Assembly (NCBI RefSeq): GCF_000829315.1 | Contig: NZ_AP013028.1 | Span: forward strand, 420,001-452,000 | Reading direction: 5' to 3' | Origin: Wolbachia endosymbiont of Cimex lectularius | GTDB taxonomy: Bacteria; Pseudomonadota; Alphaproteobacteria; Rickettsiales; Anaplasmataceae | Length of the DNA: 32,000 nt | Shown: positions 17,563 to 27,103 of the stretch, piece by piece | Position numbering within the stretch: position 1 is the first letter of the stretch | How the letters are laid out: every line of letters begins with the position of its first letter | Notes under the pieces: generated by a model | What the model saw: only the letters and a program-made list of their open reading frames with translations | Told to the model about the DNA's origin: nothing | Database searches by the model: none | Position numbers and translations under genes: made by a program

Positions 17563-18792
17563 TTGATGCTACAGAGAAACTTTTTAATATGGTTATTGGC
17601 ATCGCTGTTTTACGCATATCAGTATATATTACGTGTGATCCCAAATGTTATAGCTCCTGAATTAATAACAAGTTTCAGTATAGGAGCAGTAGAAATAGGG
17701 CAATTTGGAGGGTTGTATTATGTGGGCTATGTGTTAGCACACTTTCCTGTAGGTATTTTGCTAGATAGATTTGGTGCCAAATGCATCATGCCGCTTTGTA
17801 TTATGTTGACCTCTTTAGGTGCTGTACCTTTAGTTAGTTCTAATAATTGGAATTATTCTATTGCTGGAAGAATAATTACTGGCATTGGATCCTCTGCCTC
17901 AGTGCTTGGACTCTTTAAAATAATAAGTATCTATTACCGTAGAGAAAAATTTGCTGTAATGTTTAGCATGTCAGCTGTTATTGGTATCTCAGGTGGTATA
18001 TTTGCCACTAAACCGTTACATGTTTTATTTGATAAGTTTGGATGGAACCATGTACTTATTGCATTTGTGATTCTTGGGTTGTTGTTTGCTTTAGCTACAT
18101 TTGTAGCTATACCTAAAGTTGATACCTCAGACAAAATAAATATCAAAAATTTAAGCAAGATTGTATTCAATAAGGATATTTTACTGGTGAGCTTATTTGG
18201 CGGTTTTATGATTGGTCCATTAGAAGGTTTTGCAGGTGCATGGTCTACAACATTCTTGCGTGAGATGTACGCTATGGATAGGCACATTACATATAGTGTT
18301 TCACAATGGATACTAGTAGGCTTTGGTCTTGGAGTTTTATTACTGCCTTATATGTTAGCAAAGTACCCAACTAGACACTATGAGATAATAATTTCTTGTG
18401 CTATGACTATGATAATTGTGTTCTTACTGCTTTTTACTCACAATGTTAGTACATTCTTAGCATGTATAGCACTATTCATTATTGGCTTTGCCTGTGCATA
18501 TCAAATTCCTTTAACTGATAAAGTTGTAAGTTGTGTGAAAAATGATGTAGTCGCAAGCGCAGGGTCTGTAAGTAATTCTATAGTTATGAGTTTCGGTTAT
18601 TTTTTTCATACTATTATTGCAGGCATAATAAATTTTTATTGGGATGGTAAAGTTATTGATGGGATCCCATCTTATGGAACTGAAATAATGATTAAATCTA
18701 TGCTAATAGTACCTATAGGCTTATTAATAGGAATGATAGGTTTTTTGTTACTGAAAGTTATAGATTGTAAAAAGAATTTACCAGAAAATTGA
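17563..18792 (+). CDS. Major facilitator superfamily transporter
   Basis: 409 aa with ~12 hydrophobic segments; GILLDRFGAKCIMPLC between TM2 and TM3 is the MFS motif A region. Confidence 0.88.
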   Translation: MMLQRNFLIWLLASLFYAYQYILRVIPNVIAPELITSFSIGAVEIGQFGGLYYVGYVLAHFPVGILLDRFGAKCIMPLCIMLTSLGAVPLVSSNNWNYSIAGRIITGIGSSASVLGLFKIISIYYRREKFAVMFSMSAVIGISGGIFATKPLHVLFDKFGWNHVLIAFVILGLLFALATFVAIPKVDTSDKINIKNLSKIVFNKDILLVSLFGGFMIGPLEGFAGAWSTTFLREMYAMDRHITYSVSQWILVGFGLGVLLLPYMLAKYPTRHYEIIISCAMTMIIVFLLLFTHNVSTFLACIALFIIGFACAYQIPLTDKVVSCVKNDVVASAGSVSNSIVMSFGYFFHTIIAGIINFYWDGKVIDGIPSYGTEIMIKSMLIVPIGLLIGMIGFLLLKVIDCKKNLPEN

Positions 18793-19024
18793 CATGCTGA
18801 ATTTACTTTATAGACGACTTGTGAAGTTTTTTTGATTGTTTTGGTTGGTAGAAACTTATAACTTTGAAATTTGCAATTAGGTTGAATGAGAACAAAACTG
18901 AAAAAGCTTTAACCCATAAACTTGATATTTTATATTTTTAATAAGCTGGTTCTAATTTCATACAATCTTAAAAGATCCTTTTCAAGGTACTATTTTTAGC
19001 TAGAGAATGAACACTTTTAACTAC

Positions 19025-19183
19025 AATAGAACTCTTTCTAGCCAAAAGGTGATAGTTGAAAACGTAATTGGCTTATTGAAAAGGTTTAAAATCATCTCTG
19101 ACAGATATAGAAATAGACGAAAACGTTTTGGTTTAAGATTTAATTTGATTGCTGCTATTCACAATTTTGAGCTCCCTATATAA
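19025..19183 (+). pseudogene. C-terminal remnant of an IS5-family DDE_Tnp_4-type transposase (different IS from the 861-bp one)
   Basis: Frame reads NRTLSSQKVIVENVIGLLKRFKIISDRYRNRRKRFGLRFNLIAAIHNFELPI*. Confidence 0.75.
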
Positions 19184-19270
19184 ATTTTGAAAGAAGTCTA
19201 GTATCATTCCTCTGCTTATACCAATCTCTACTACACAGAAAGCGACAGGTACCGTTTTGCCAGTCAACAA

Positions 19271-19351
19271 TGGTGTCATCCAAGTAGCCTTTTCTTGTTG
19301 TCCAAGTAGCCTTTTCTTGTCATCCCAGTACTTGATACTGGGATCCAGGAT
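19271..19351. repeat. Tandem gt(c/t)(a/g)tccaagtagccttttcttg units plus palindromic repeat gtcatcccagtacttgatactgggatccag
   Basis: Same family as 11117-11307 and 8755-8931. Confidence 0.8.
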
Positions 19352-19360
19352 ACTACTTTA

Positions 19361-19820
19361 GTAATAAATATTTAAGAAATTTACCAAGCGAAGAAAAAAG
19401 CAAAAGAAGCCCTGGTCGGTATTTATTTTTAGTATTGGCGTTTTTATGCCTTAAACGCTGCAATTTAGCTGCTTTTAAACGCAACTAGTCTAAGCTATAA
19501 TATTTAAGAAATTTACCAGGCAGAAGAAAAGGACAATAAAACCCCGAGGTAGCTAGTTATTCCACTCTCTATTTTAAAATCCGGCGTTGGGTGATGTCTT
19601 AAACGACTTATAAGCGCGTTTCAGCTTGTATGGGTAAAAACCCAAAGTTTTAAAAAGACATGCAGTGCACATAGTACGCCAAATACAAGCTTTCTTGTCA
19701 TTTTAACCTGCACAGATTGGGAAATTAAACAAATAGCTTCAACACTATGATAAGGGAACTGAAAGAGTTTGTCAAGTAGTTTTTTTGTTTCTATTGGGTA
19801 GCTTTTTTCCACTGTTGTCT
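19361..19820. repeat. Dispersed intergenic repeat, two partial blocks (related to 11439-11780)
   Basis: 'aatatttaagaaatttacca' at ~19361 and ~19499; 'aaaaagacatgcag' ~19653; 'gtttgtcaagtagtttttttgtttct' ~19767. Confidence 0.65.
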
Positions 19821-19946
19821 GTCCGCTTTCTGTGTAGTGGAATTGGTATAAGGTCTTGGATATGCTAATTTTAATCTTTGTGTTATAAAATTGTTAATCA
19901 TTTTATCCTATAATTAGGATGATAGTTATTTTTCAAAGGATTTTTA

Positions 19947-20807
19947 GAACCTGTTTAAAATCTTCGTAACAGGAGAGAAATGAAGGAGAGGACTATCATC
20001 TGTAAGCTAGTGTTGAGCTTCCGCTCGCAATTTTTCCACAATCGCCTGCACTTTTCTAACCAGGCAAAAGAGCGTTCAACAACCCATCTTTTTGGCAATA
20101 CGACGAAAGTGTGTAACTCACTTCGCTTTATTACTTCAACAGTCGCACCAATGATAGCTTTTATTTGTGTTGCAAAATTTTCTCCTGTGTAGCCAGCATC
20201 AACCAGTATGTTTTTAACTTCAGAGAGGTTTGCTTTAGCATTTTCGACCATTTTCACAGCACTGCTACGGTCAGTTGCTTCTGCCGTTGTTACATAAATT
20301 GCATGTGGCAAACCTTGTGTATCAACTGCAATATGGCGCTTTATCCCTGAAATCTTTTTACCTGCATCATAGCCTTTTTTTTTCAGCAGTATCTGCGTTT
20401 TTAACGCTTTGAGAATCAATTATACAAAAGCTAGTTTTCTCTTTCCGACCATTGCTGATACGGACCTCTCCAACTAATTTTTTTTAAGACTAATTCCAAC
20501 AAGCTTGGCTCTTCTCCATTCTTTTTACTCCACACTCGAAAATAGTAATATACGCTTTCCCATCTTGGAAAACCCTTTGGTAACATCCTCCACTGACAAC
20601 CACTTTTTAAGACGTACAACACCCCACAAAATACGTCATACAAATCAAGTTTTCTTGGTTTTGTTTTCTGCTTGCTACTCTCCAAATTTGGCCTGATTTT
20701 TTCAAACTGCTCTTGACTTATATTACTTGGATAACTTTTCTGCATAGACACCTCATTATTAATCTATGCTTACTTTACCTCACATTTCCAAGATTTTAAA
20801 CAGGTTC
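19947..20807 (-). mobile_element. IS5-family element, full-length 861 bp (copy 2)
   Basis: 18-bp terminal inverted repeats gaacctgtttaaaatctt…aagattttaaacaggttc; two transposase ORFs (20431..20751 and 19955..20419, minus). Confidence 0.92.
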
Positions 20808-20954
20808 TAAATCATCACGATCAACATCTAAAGAATGTCCTCTAGCTATTGCCTAATCGATGATATCCTTAGTTTTTTCCAGACTTTCCTCATAGAGGAT
20901 GTCAGTTTTAGTATCATTTTCTTGTTCAATTTGTTCAGTCATTTTTACCCTTTA

Positions 20955-23900
20955 TTAATATCTAATGTAGTATTCTTTTTCAGAGTCAGTGATATTAGGA
21001 ATGTTGAACATAGTTGTCCCCTTGGTGTTAATTATATTGACAATTGCGTCTGCGAGATCTTCGGTCTTCATTCCATCCGTATTGATTTTTACATATTCCT
21101 TGGCAGCAATATCTCTATATGGTGTGTCATCGTCACCTAATGTGTTCCACCATATTACTAGGTCGCAAACATAGCCGGGATCAGTGTTGTCGTACCTTTT
21201 AAAACCTATCCAATCGATAGGTTCCCAACTACCTTTTTTGTTAAGTTTAATTGCGTACAAACATCTTTGAGTAAACAGAGCCTTATGCTGCATAGCGTAC
21301 GTTATCACTGAATTTTTATCGGTAAATAGTACGTTAGGTTTTCCTGGTATTCTCTTATCTGTTGGTGATTGTTTATAAATAACGTGATTGCCCCATGATT
21401 TTATTAATGGGTAACGTCTATCAATTTCCTTATCGTAACTCATAATTACAGTAGCGTAAGCTGTAGAAGCGGAAGCACTTTCAAGATCTGTACCATACAC
21501 TGAGTACATCGAACACACAAACCACGGGGAAAATAAAAAGTAGTTTTGTGAGCAGTTACAATTAGTAGTAGTTGGCTGCAAAAAAGTAGCACTAGCCTTT
21601 GGTATAATTAAAGGAAAACCAATATCATAAACTCTACTAGTAAAATTAACTGGATTAAAAAACCCGCATAAACCAGAAGGATATGGAAATTGTTGATAAT
21701 TAAGACTTACCGTTAAATAAAAAAATCCATCTTTAACAGAATAGCTTATTTCAGTTTTCTTAGTTACTTCATCAATACCTTTATTATTATGATTTAACTT
21801 AGTTGTAGTTCGAAAATAACCTGAAAAATCAGAGTCAGAATCCGCAAATTTCACCGAAAACAATCCATTACTAGTCATTCTAATTTTTTCACTTAAATAG
21901 TTAGTGGTAATATCAAACGAATGACAACAGGTGATGATTTCCATATTGTCACTGCTGTTTGATACAACGTATTGAAAATTGTAATCCACAGATGGATTAG
22001 CATGAAATGTAGTTTCTATCCACAGGTCAGCAATACCATCACCTTCAGGTTTTGAACTTACTACCCCCTTCCCATCAAAAGCAACTTTGACTTTATTATC
22101 TGCAACGAACTTTTTTATGTATTTACTTGATATTGCATTAAACCAATTTGGTGTATCTTTAGTTTTGAGCATATCAAACGTAACTGGTGTAAGACCTAGT
22201 TTTTCGTATAGCCTCCTGTATTCAATTCCTAGAGGACTCATTCCATTTGCATCAAGTGCACGACCATCGCACTTCATTAAATTTATCTCTTTCTCATTGA
22301 CTTTTGCCCCCTTAGGATAAGTGACTATTTCACCAACATTGTCTGCGAATTTCAGACCTTCAATTGTAAAAATTAATTCTTTATAACCATCATCAATTCC
22401 ATATTTAGTTGGCGAAAACGAAGAAAACAACAAATGAGATTTCGCTAAATCAGAGTTTTGTACTGGATATTTAAAATCAACAACCGATACAGGCGATGAA
22501 ACCTCCGCACAATAGAAATTTGTTGCTCTTAAGTCAAATTTTTGATTTTTCGGCAGAGAAAACTGCAGCAATAAATATTGATCATCGCCAATATCTTTTG
22601 GTATTGTTACTTTAGGTAAAGCAAAACGACTAAAATAAACCTTTGGATCGTCAGAATCAATTGTGTATTCAGCAACCTGTATAACTTGCGGCGCTGCCAA
22701 TGACTTTGAGCCAAAATTGCGAATAACTGACACAGCAAGTGGTATATTATCACCGCTTTTCCAAGCATAAAATTTTAGCTGAATGTTAGTATTCGCGCCC
22801 CACAGCACATTAGAACTCCTAAACGCTACAATTTTCTGCAACGGCGGCGCTTTCTCGCTGAACTTTTCGCAGATAACGTTCAAATAAAAACGAGGGTTGC
22901 CTTCACTGATTTTTTCAGCTTCGTTGATTTCTTTGATGAAAATTCTATCTACATCAACTCTGTTTTGTACCGGTACTGAGTCAGCATAAGGTCTTAGAAC
23001 CTGTTTAAAATCTTGGAAATGTGAGGTAAAGTAAGCATAGATTAATAATGAGGTGTCTATGCAGAAAAGTTATCCAAGTAATATAAGTCAAGAGCAGTTT
23101 GAAAAAATCAGGCCAAATTTGGAGAGTAGCAAGCAGAAAACAAAACCAAGAAAACTTGATTTGTATGACGTATTTTGTGGGGTGTTGTACGTCTTAAAAA
23201 GTGGTTGTCAGTGGAGGATGTTACCAAAGGGTTTTCCAAGATGGGAAAGCGTATATTACTATTTTCGAGTGTGGAGTAAAAAGAATGGAGAAGAGCCAAG
23301 CTTGTTGGAATTAGTCTTAAAAAAAATTAGTTGGAGAGGTCCGTATCAGCAATGGTCGGAAAGAGAAAACTAGCTTTTGTATAATTGATTCTCAAAGCGT
23401 TAAAAACGCAGATACTGCTGAAAAAAAAAGGCTATGATGCAGGTAAAAAGATTTCAGGGATAAAGCGCCATATTGCAGTTGATACACAAGGTTTGCCACA
23501 TGCAATTTATGTAACAACGGCAGAAGCAACTGACCGTAGCAGTGCTGTGAAAATGGTCGAAAATGCTAAAGCAAACCTCTCTGAAGTTAAAAACATACTG
23601 GTTGATGCTGGCTACACAGGAGAAAATTTTGCAACACAAATAAAAGCTATCATTGGTGCGACTGTTGAAGTAATAAAGCGAAGTGAGTTACACACTTTCG
23701 TCGTATTGCCAAAAAGATGGGTTGTTGAACGCTCTTTTGCCTGGTTAGAAAAGTGCAGGCGATTGTGGAAAAATTGCGAGCGGAAGCTCAACACTAGCTT
23801 ACAGATGATAGTCCTCTCCTTCATTTCTCTCCTGTTACGAAGATTTTAAACAGGTTCTTAAAAACTGCCACGAAAGTCCTGCTATCGGTAGCTGCGGAAA

Positions 23901-24293
23901 AGTAGGCAAAACAAATCCTGCACCCTGCCCTCTATCATCAAATTGCAAACCAATATTAAACTGACCATCGATAAACAAATTATCAGACACGATGGCAGTA
24001 ATCGGATCAGTTTTTGCCTGCTCCTGAAAATACGGAAGATCTTGAAAAATAAGTTCAGGAGCCACAGCATTACCGTACCGGCATTTCAACTGAGCGGTGT
24101 ATCTATCCTCAGGATCATCTACGTCAACAAAATAGTATAATTTATGAGGCAATGTACCGTTTTCGTCGAGTTGCAGGGGATTTTGTGCCGGTACGACATT
24201 CCCCTCTTGGTTTTTATAGTAGGCATTGTGCAGAGTTGTTGGGCTTTTTTTTATCATAAAAATACATCCAGTATCCCGCTGCCGGCATACCAT
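20955..24293 (-). pseudogene. Phage tail-fibre / collar-like gene interrupted by IS copy 3 (likely real start at 24257, MIKKSPTTLHNAYYKNQEG)
   Basis: Removing 22997-23857 and one TTA TSD gives one continuous frame …LPIAGLSWQFLRPYADSVPVQNRVDVDRIFIKEINEAEKISEGNPRFYLNVICEKFSEK…; internal 'GAKVNEKEINLMKCDGRALDANG' is collar-like. Confidence 0.8.
22997..23857 (+). mobile_element. IS5-family element, full-length 861 bp (copy 3)
   Basis: Same 18-bp TIRs, flanked by TTA on both sides; ORFs 23053..23373 and 23385..23849. Confidence 0.95.
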
Positions 24294-24506
24294 CCTTATT
24301 CTTGATGATATCTTGTAAGACTATACTTAGTACTAACCTCTGTGCCATTTTTCCTGAGCAAAAAGTCAGTTATAGTATATTTCAAAATTTTAATATTTTA
24401 TTAACACAGGTGCACAAAATCATCTTTACACATCCGTAACTTTTATTATTGAAAAATTAAAAAAGATGCTGTATACTTGTTACAGTAGTAGATTTCGGTA
24501 AAATTT

Positions 24507-24740
24507 ATGGCAGATCTAGAATTTAATATAACTTTCAACAATGAAATCTCAGAGTGTCTTGCTGGGCTAGCTAAAATAAGAAATAAATCCGTTAAAGAAC
24601 TAGCAGAGAAGCTAATGCAAGAAGCAATTGAAAATGAGGAAGATAAAATACTAATTGAGCGTGCTGTTGAGCGTAGTACTCTAAATTCAAAGAAAATTAG
24701 AAGTGAGGATGTAGACTGGAATACGATATTATCTTCTTAA
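24507..24740 (+). CDS. Antitoxin-like protein (RelB/ParD-type helix protein), TA module 1
   Basis: 77 aa 'ITFNNEISECLAGLAKIRNKSVKELAEKLMQEAIENEEDKILIERAVERS'; paralog of 30817..31050. Confidence 0.75.
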   Translation: MADLEFNITFNNEISECLAGLAKIRNKSVKELAEKLMQEAIENEEDKILIERAVERSTLNSKKIRSEDVDWNTILSS

Positions 24741-24979
24741 ACAATGTTCTTGAGAAAGACCTTCCAAATCTTCCAAAAACAATAAGATTAAGGGTTATAA
24801 ACGCAATAAACGAGCGGCTTACAGTTGATCCTATTAATCTTGGTGAGCCATTATATCACAGATTTAAAGGATGCAGAAGGCTAAGGGTAGGTGATTATCG
24901 CGTTGTCTATTCCGTAAATATCATAAAATATGAAGTAGTTATTACTTCAATAGAACATAGAAAAGACGTTTATAAATGA
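24716..24979 (+). CDS. RelE/ParE-superfamily toxin, TA module 1 (not in ORF track; apparent CTG or coupled start)
   Basis: Frame reads LEYDIIFLNNVLEKDLPNLPKTIRLRVINAINERLTVDPINLGEPLYHRFKGCRRLRVGDYRVVYSVNIIKYEVVITSIEHRKDVYK*. Confidence 0.7.
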   Translation: MEYDIIFLNNVLEKDLPNLPKTIRLRVINAINERLTVDPINLGEPLYHRFKGCRRLRVGDYRVVYSVNIIKYEVVITSIEHRKDVYK

Positions 24980-25012
24980 GTACATCATATAAACATTAAG
25001 TATATTCTATAC

Positions 25013-25219
25013 AGCCCCTTTTCCTGATCCATTCTCCATCTTAGGCGGCTCCGCTCAGCTCAAAAAAAACTGATTTTTTTGTCCACCCCCCTATATATTA
25101 TATTTTATATATAATATATAATATAATTTGGGGGAAGAGGCGACGAAAACAACATTGAGTTTGAGTAGCCTCCGCTTAATATTATTTTTAAGATGGAGAA
25201 TGGATCAGGAAAAGGGGCT
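25013..25219. repeat. 207-bp nested inverted-repeat element (MITE-like) with a perfect 31-bp terminal IR
   Basis: 25013-25043 agccccttttcctgatccattctccatctta is the exact reverse complement of 25189-25219; AT-rich palindromic core bounded by ccccc/ggggg. Confidence 0.85.
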
Positions 25220-25249
25220 CAGGGTCGATGGGCGTTGATGAAGATGTCA

Positions 25250-26000
25250 GAACCTGTTTAAAATCTTGGAAATGTGAGGTAAAGTAAGCATAGATTAATA
25301 ATGAGGTGTCTATGCAGAAAAGTTATCCAAGTAATATAAGTCAAGAGCAGTTTGAAAAAATCAGGCCAATTTTGGAGAGTAGCAAGCAGAAAACAAAACC
25401 AAGAAAACTTGATTTGTATGACGTATTTTGTGGGGTGTTGTACGTCTTAAAAAGTGGTTGTCAGTGGAGGATGTTACCAAAGGGTTTTCCAAGATGGGAA
25501 AGCGTATATTACTATTTTCGAGTGTGGAGTAAAAAGAGTGGAGAAGAGCCAAGCTTGTTGGAATTAGTCTTAAAAAAAATTAGTTGGAGAGGTCCGTATC
25601 AGCAATGGTCGGAAAGAGAAAACTAGCTTTTGTATAATTGATTCTCAAAGCGTTAAAAACGCAGATACTGCTGAAAAAAAAAGGCTATGATGCAGGTAAA
25701 AAGATTTCAGGGATAAAGCGCCATATTGCAGTTGATACACAAGGTTTGCCACATGCAATTTATGTAACAACGGCAGAAGCAACTGACCGTAGCAGTGCTG
25801 TGAAAATGGTCGAAAATGCTAAAGCAAACCTCTCTGAAGTTAAAAACATACTGGTTGATGCTGGCTACACAGGAGAAAATTTTGCAACACAAATAAAAGC
25901 TATCATTGGTGCGACTGTTGAAGTAATAAAGCGAAGTGAGTTACACACTTTCGTCGTATTGCCAAAAAGATGGGTTGTTGAACGCTCTTTTGCCTGGTTA
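25250..26000 (+). mobile_element. IS5-family element, 3'-truncated by insertion or rearrangement with copy 5 (copy 4)
   Basis: Left TIR intact; sequence stops at …ttgcctggtta where copy 5 begins; the remaining 110 bp do not follow copy 5. Confidence 0.92.
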
Positions 26001-26861
26001 GAACCTGTTTAAAATCTTCGTAACAGGAGAGAAATGAAGGAGAGGACTATCATCTGTAAGCTAGTGTTGAGCTTCCGCTCGCAATTTTTCCACAATCGCC
26101 TGCACTTTTCTAACCAGGCAAAAGAGCGTTCAACAACCCATCTTTTTGGCAATACGACGAAAGTGTGTAACTCACTTCGCTTTATTACTTCAACAGTCGC
26201 ACCAATGATAGCTTTTATTTGTGTTGCAAAATTTTCTCCTGTGTAGCCAGCATCAACCAGTATGTTTTTAACTTCAGAGAGGTTTGCTTTAGCATTTTCG
26301 ACCATTTTCACAGCACTGCTACGGTCAGTTGCTTCTGCCGTTGTTACATAAATTGCATGTGGCAAACCTTGTGTATCAACTGCAATATGGCGCTTTATCC
26401 CTGAAATCTTTTTACCTGCATCATAGCCTTTTTTTTTCAGCAGTATCTGCGTTTTTAACGCTTTGAGAATCAATTATACAAAAGCTAGTTTTCTCTTTCC
26501 GACCATTGCTGATACGGACCTCTCCAACTAATTTTTTTTAAGACTAATTCCAACAAGCTTGGCTCTTCTCCACTCTTTTTACTCCACACTCGAAAATAGT
26601 AATATACGCTTTCCCATCTTGGAAAACCCTTTGGTAACATCCTCCACTGACAACCACTTTTTAAGACGTACAACACCCCACAAAATACGTCATACAAATC
26701 AAGTTTTCTTGGTTTTGTTTTCTGCTTGCTACTCTCCAAAATTGGCCTGATTTTTTCAAACTGCTCTTGACTTATATTACTTGGATAACTTTTCTGCATA
26801 GACACCTCATTATTAATCTATGCTTACTTTACCTCACATTTCCAAGATTTTAAACAGGTTC
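26001..26861 (-). mobile_element. IS5-family element, full-length 861 bp (copy 5)
   Basis: Both TIRs; flanks TTA/TTA; ORFs 26485..26805 and 26009..26473 on minus. Confidence 0.95.
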
Positions 26862-27103
26862 TTAGAGAAGTTTTAGCAAGAATAGGTCTCAATGGGTTTA
26901 CCGATGGGCAAATTGCCAAATTATTTGCTCAATATTCTTTTGGTTCTTCTAAGGATCCAGTAACACGAGAATTACTAGCGGCTTTACAAGGAAGAATTGT
27001 TGAAGAGCAAAGTGGTTTTATCATGGAAATGCTAAAAAAAACAGCGATGAGTGGTGTTAGAGTAGGGCTGCGTGGACGAATGAAGATGAAAGAAGATGAT
27101 TAA
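26862..27103 (+). pseudogene. 3' fragment of a phage gene cut by the IS cluster (LREVLARIGLNGFTDGQIAKLFAQYSFGSSKDPVTRELLAALQG…MKEDD*)
   Basis: Open frame from the IS boundary to TAA 27101-27103, overlapping the portal start at 27096. Confidence 0.6.

Noticed and set aside
19621-19812. ORF 19621..19812 (MEKSYPIETKKLLDKLFQ…)
   Set aside because: Lies within the dispersed intergenic repeat; no conserved protein pattern.
20835-22320. Plus ORFs 20835..21140, 20989..21174, 22087..22320
   Set aside because: Antisense or adjacent to the tail-fibre-like gene whose long frame is coherent across the IS.
20808-22996. Inversion of the segment between inverted IS copies 2 and 3
   Set aside because: The phage gene rejoins in frame across copy 3 with a matching TSD, so this segment is in its original orientation relative to 23858-24293.
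19947-26861. Antisense ORFs inside the IS copies (e.g. 19980..20192, 20505..20696, 23612..23824, 26559..26750)
   Set aside because: They are antisense to the transposase frames and repeat identically with each copy; nothing supports expression.
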